Shown here one piece after another: positions 62,348 to 64,000 of a DNA stretch of 64,000 nucleotides. A program made the translations under genes and the position numbers. The DNA comes from a bacterium. GTDB lineage: Bacteria; Campylobacterota; Campylobacteria; Campylobacterales; Sulfurimonadaceae. Below the pieces are notes generated by a model, which was given only the letters and a program-made list of their open reading frames with translations, did no database searches and was not told the origin of the DNA. The stretch's first letter is position 1; every line of letters starts with the position of its first letter. Where the stretch lies: the NCBI GenBank assembly GCA_018822665.1, contig JAHJJX010000030.1:31073-95072 (forward strand), given 5' to 3'.

Positions 62348-64000
62348 ATTTAAGTGTAAAAAATAAAACGCTTCTTTTTACGGTATTGGTAATATTTGTA
62401 TTTGCGAGTATTATTTTAGGGCTTATTTATGTTAAACAAAAAGACACTCTTATAGAAACGCAAAAAGAATATTTTGAGAATGTAAAATATTTATATTCAA
62501 AAGTCAAAAGCAAACATGAAAATTTTTATATCAATTGGAGTTTGTTAAATCTGGAATCAATGGGTATCAAAGAAGCGTTCTATAATCAAAATAGGGAAGA
62601 GTTGTACAAATTATCACATACAATCTGGAATACACTTCAAAAAGAAAACAAAGATTTAGCCTTAATGAGTTTCCACATGCCAGATGGAACGGTTTTTTTA
62701 AGAATGCATGATATTGATAATTTTGGAGACAATGTATCGAATTCGAGAACAATGGTAAGAAAAGTGCATATCAAAAAAAATGTATTATTCGGTTTTGAAT
62801 CATTTTCAAATAATTTGGCATATAGAATCTTTCAGCCGATTTTTTATAAAGAAAAATATATAGGCGCTCTGGAATTTGGACTGCGACCAGATTATATTTT
62901 AAATGATGTAAATTACTATCATAAAGTTGATGGGGCTTTATTTGTTAAAAATACAGAACAAAATGGGTTCTTAAAAAAAACTTCGAAAATTAATGATTTT
63001 GTTTTGCAATACAATGTTTTGCTTAATGAAAAGTTATTAACTTATTTTCCAGAGAATTATAATTTTGAAAGTTTTATCAATATAAATACGCCAGACGGTG
63101 ACACATGGTCAGTTTATTCATTTGATTTAAAAGATTTTAATAATGATGTTGCAGCGAAAGTAATATTTTTTAAAGATATTACAAATGATATTTTGGAATT
63201 TAAAAACAGCATTATAAATTTAACAATTATTCTCATGATTTTAACGGTAATTGTTTTTGTTGTTGTAAATATTGGCTTTAACAGCAGTATTAGAAATTTA
63301 GAAAGAAAATATATTGATGTCAGTGCATATAAAAATATGGTTGATGAGAATGTCCTTATTTATTCTATTGATTTAAATGGGATTATTTTGGATGTAAGTG
63401 ATGCGTTTTGCAGAATTTGCGGCTTTAGTCAAAAGGAATTGATTGGCAAGTCTTTTGAAGTTTTTGCGCATCCGGAACTTTCTAAAGAGTTTTTTACAAA
63501 AATATGGGAAAGTTTGAAGTACAAAAAAACTTGGACAGGAGATGTTAAAAACTTAAAAAACAATGGGAAATATTATTGGACACATGTCAATATACAACCC
63601 AGACTGAGAGAAAACTTATTGGTTGGTTATGATGTCATTATGCATGATATCACAGATAAAAAGATAAATGAAGAGTTGTTGGTGACGGATGGCTTGACAC
63701 ATATTTACAACCGAAGATATTTTAACGATATATTTCCGAGAATGATTAAAAGTGCACAGAGGGATGGCGGCTATCTAAGTTTTTTAATCTTAGATGTGGA
63801 TAATTTTAAATTATATAATGACACGTACGGGCATCAAGCAGGAGATAAAGCACTTATAGCGGTTGCAAATGTTTTGAACGAATCTTTAAACCGCGGAGAT
63901 GATTTTTGTTTTAGACTAGGAGGGGAAGAGTTTGGAGTTCTTTATAAAAGCAGCAATGAGGAAGATGCTTACCTTTTCGCACAGAAGTTTAGAAAAAATA
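62344..64000 (+). CDS. Cache-like sensor / PAS / GGDEF diguanylate cyclase (partial, runs off window)
   Basis: The ATG at 62344 overlaps the upstream stop (ATGA). Features are SFHMPDGTVFLRMHDIDNFGDNVSNSR (Cache-type motif), TM, PAS (ELIGKSFEVFAHPELSKEFF...W.GDVKN), and a GGDEF domain with RLGGEEFGVL. It is missing from the ORF track because it has no stop in the window. Confidence 0.75.
   Translation, partial: MNLSVKNKTLLFTVLVIFVFASIILGLIYVKQKDTLIETQKEYFENVKYLYSKVKSKHENFYINWSLLNLESMGIKEAFYNQNREELYKLSHTIWNTLQKENKDLALMSFHMPDGTVFLRMHDIDNFGDNVSNSRTMVRKVHIKKNVLFGFESFSNNLAYRIFQPIFYKEKYIGALEFGLRPDYILNDVNYYHKVDGALFVKNTEQNGFLKKTSKINDFVLQYNVLLNEKLLTYFPENYNFESFININTPDGDTWSVYSFDLKDFNNDVAAKVIFFKDITNDILEFKNSIINLTIILMILTVIVFVVVNIGFNSSIRNLERKYIDVSAYKNMVDENVLIYSIDLNGIILDVSDAFCRICGFSQKELIGKSFEVFAHPELSKEFFTKIWESLKYKKTWTGDVKNLKNNGKYYWTHVNIQPRLRENLLVGYDVIMHDITDKKINEELLVTDGLTHIYNRRYFNDIFPRMIKSAQRDGGYLSFLILDVDNFKLYNDTYGHQAGDKALIAVANVLNESLNRGDDFCFRLGGEEFGVLYKSSNEEDAYLFAQKFRKN
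62671..62682 (+). repeat. Copy of TTCCACATGCCA
   Basis: Exact 12-mer inside the partial GGDEF gene, read as F-H-M-P. Confidence 0.9.

Noticed and set aside
231-62682. Reading the abundant word TGGCATGTGGAA as a sigma-54 promoter -24 element (TGGCAC/T...).
   Set aside because: No TTGC -12 element follows at the required 4-5 nt spacing in any copy. For example, 28929 reads TGGCATGTGGAAAAATTGA. Most copies lie inside coding regions in both orientations.
231-62682. The abundant word as a Chi (AddAB/RecBCD) or KOPS/FtsK-orienting sequence.
   Set aside because: Those signals are strongly skewed to one strand within a replichore. Here the orientation is 7:7 within one 64-kb stretch, and some copies form inverted pairs. 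This needs genome-wide confirmation.
285-62752. Dozens of 60-140 aa ORFs in the track that lie antisense to, or out of frame within, long well-supported genes. Examples are 1104-1307(-), 8075-8449(+), 15042-15464(-), 24860-25282(+), 35129-35800(+) and 55761-56165(-).
   Set aside because: They are fully nested in genes with clear family motifs, have low-complexity or codon-mirror compositions, and lack an RBS. They are shadow ORFs, which are expected in AT-rich DNA.
56726-64000. A genomic island integrated at tRNA-Leu, given the P-type ATPase and c-di-GMP genes downstream.
   Set aside because: I could see no integrase, no direct repeat of the tRNA 3' end, and no mobility genes or obvious compositional break downstream.
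1-64000. CRISPR arrays, rRNA operons, IS elements, prophage or toxin-antitoxin/defence-island gene sets.
   Set aside because: No regularly spaced direct repeats, rRNA-like conserved blocks, transposase or integrase motifs, or clusters of short paired ORFs were found on either strand. The window looks like core chromosome.

Overview
This is an AT-rich chromosomal segment whose gene content and local synteny match a Campylobacterota (epsilonproteobacterial) genome. Supporting markers are the futalosine-pathway radical-SAM enzyme, HemJ, LPP20 lipoproteins, FliW, a solitary atpE, and the order guaA - X - purD - RDD - lptD - PRTase - pnp. The multiheme cytochromes and heavy PAS/c-di-GMP signalling suggest a free-living Sulfurimonas/Sulfurospirillum/Arcobacter-like organism. 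About 55 tightly packed CDS are supported, most of them housekeeping: ribA, hemB, argF, trpS, der, kdsA-ribH-nusB, recG, lon, uvrC, nadB, guaA, purD, lptD, pnp. There is also one tRNA-Leu(GAG) and one candidate structured sRNA upstream of purD (6S-like). No rRNA, CRISPR array, IS element, integrase or prophage genes were seen. The observations most worth follow-up are: (1) an 11/12-mer, TTCCACATGCC(A), present 14 times exactly on both strands, in several reading frames and just after stop codons, sometimes as hairpin-forming inverted pairs, which resembles a DNA-uptake-signal or REP-type genomic word; (2) a self-contained four-gene operon encoding a 1471-aa secreted MshQ-like protein plus three pilin-like proteins, with no pilus machinery nearby; (3) a phosphorelay operon combining a stand-alone Aer/CetB-type PAS protein, a very acidic protein with one canonical and one His-less Hpt module, a NIT-domain hybrid kinase and a receiver; (4) a 904-aa HExxH protein with an outer-membrane-barrel-like C-terminus; (5) a membrane-anchored cytochrome with 12 CxxCH motifs embedded in a housekeeping gene array; (6) two genes with near-identical leaderless-type promoter/start architecture. 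All functional calls rest on motif recognition by eye. No database search was run.
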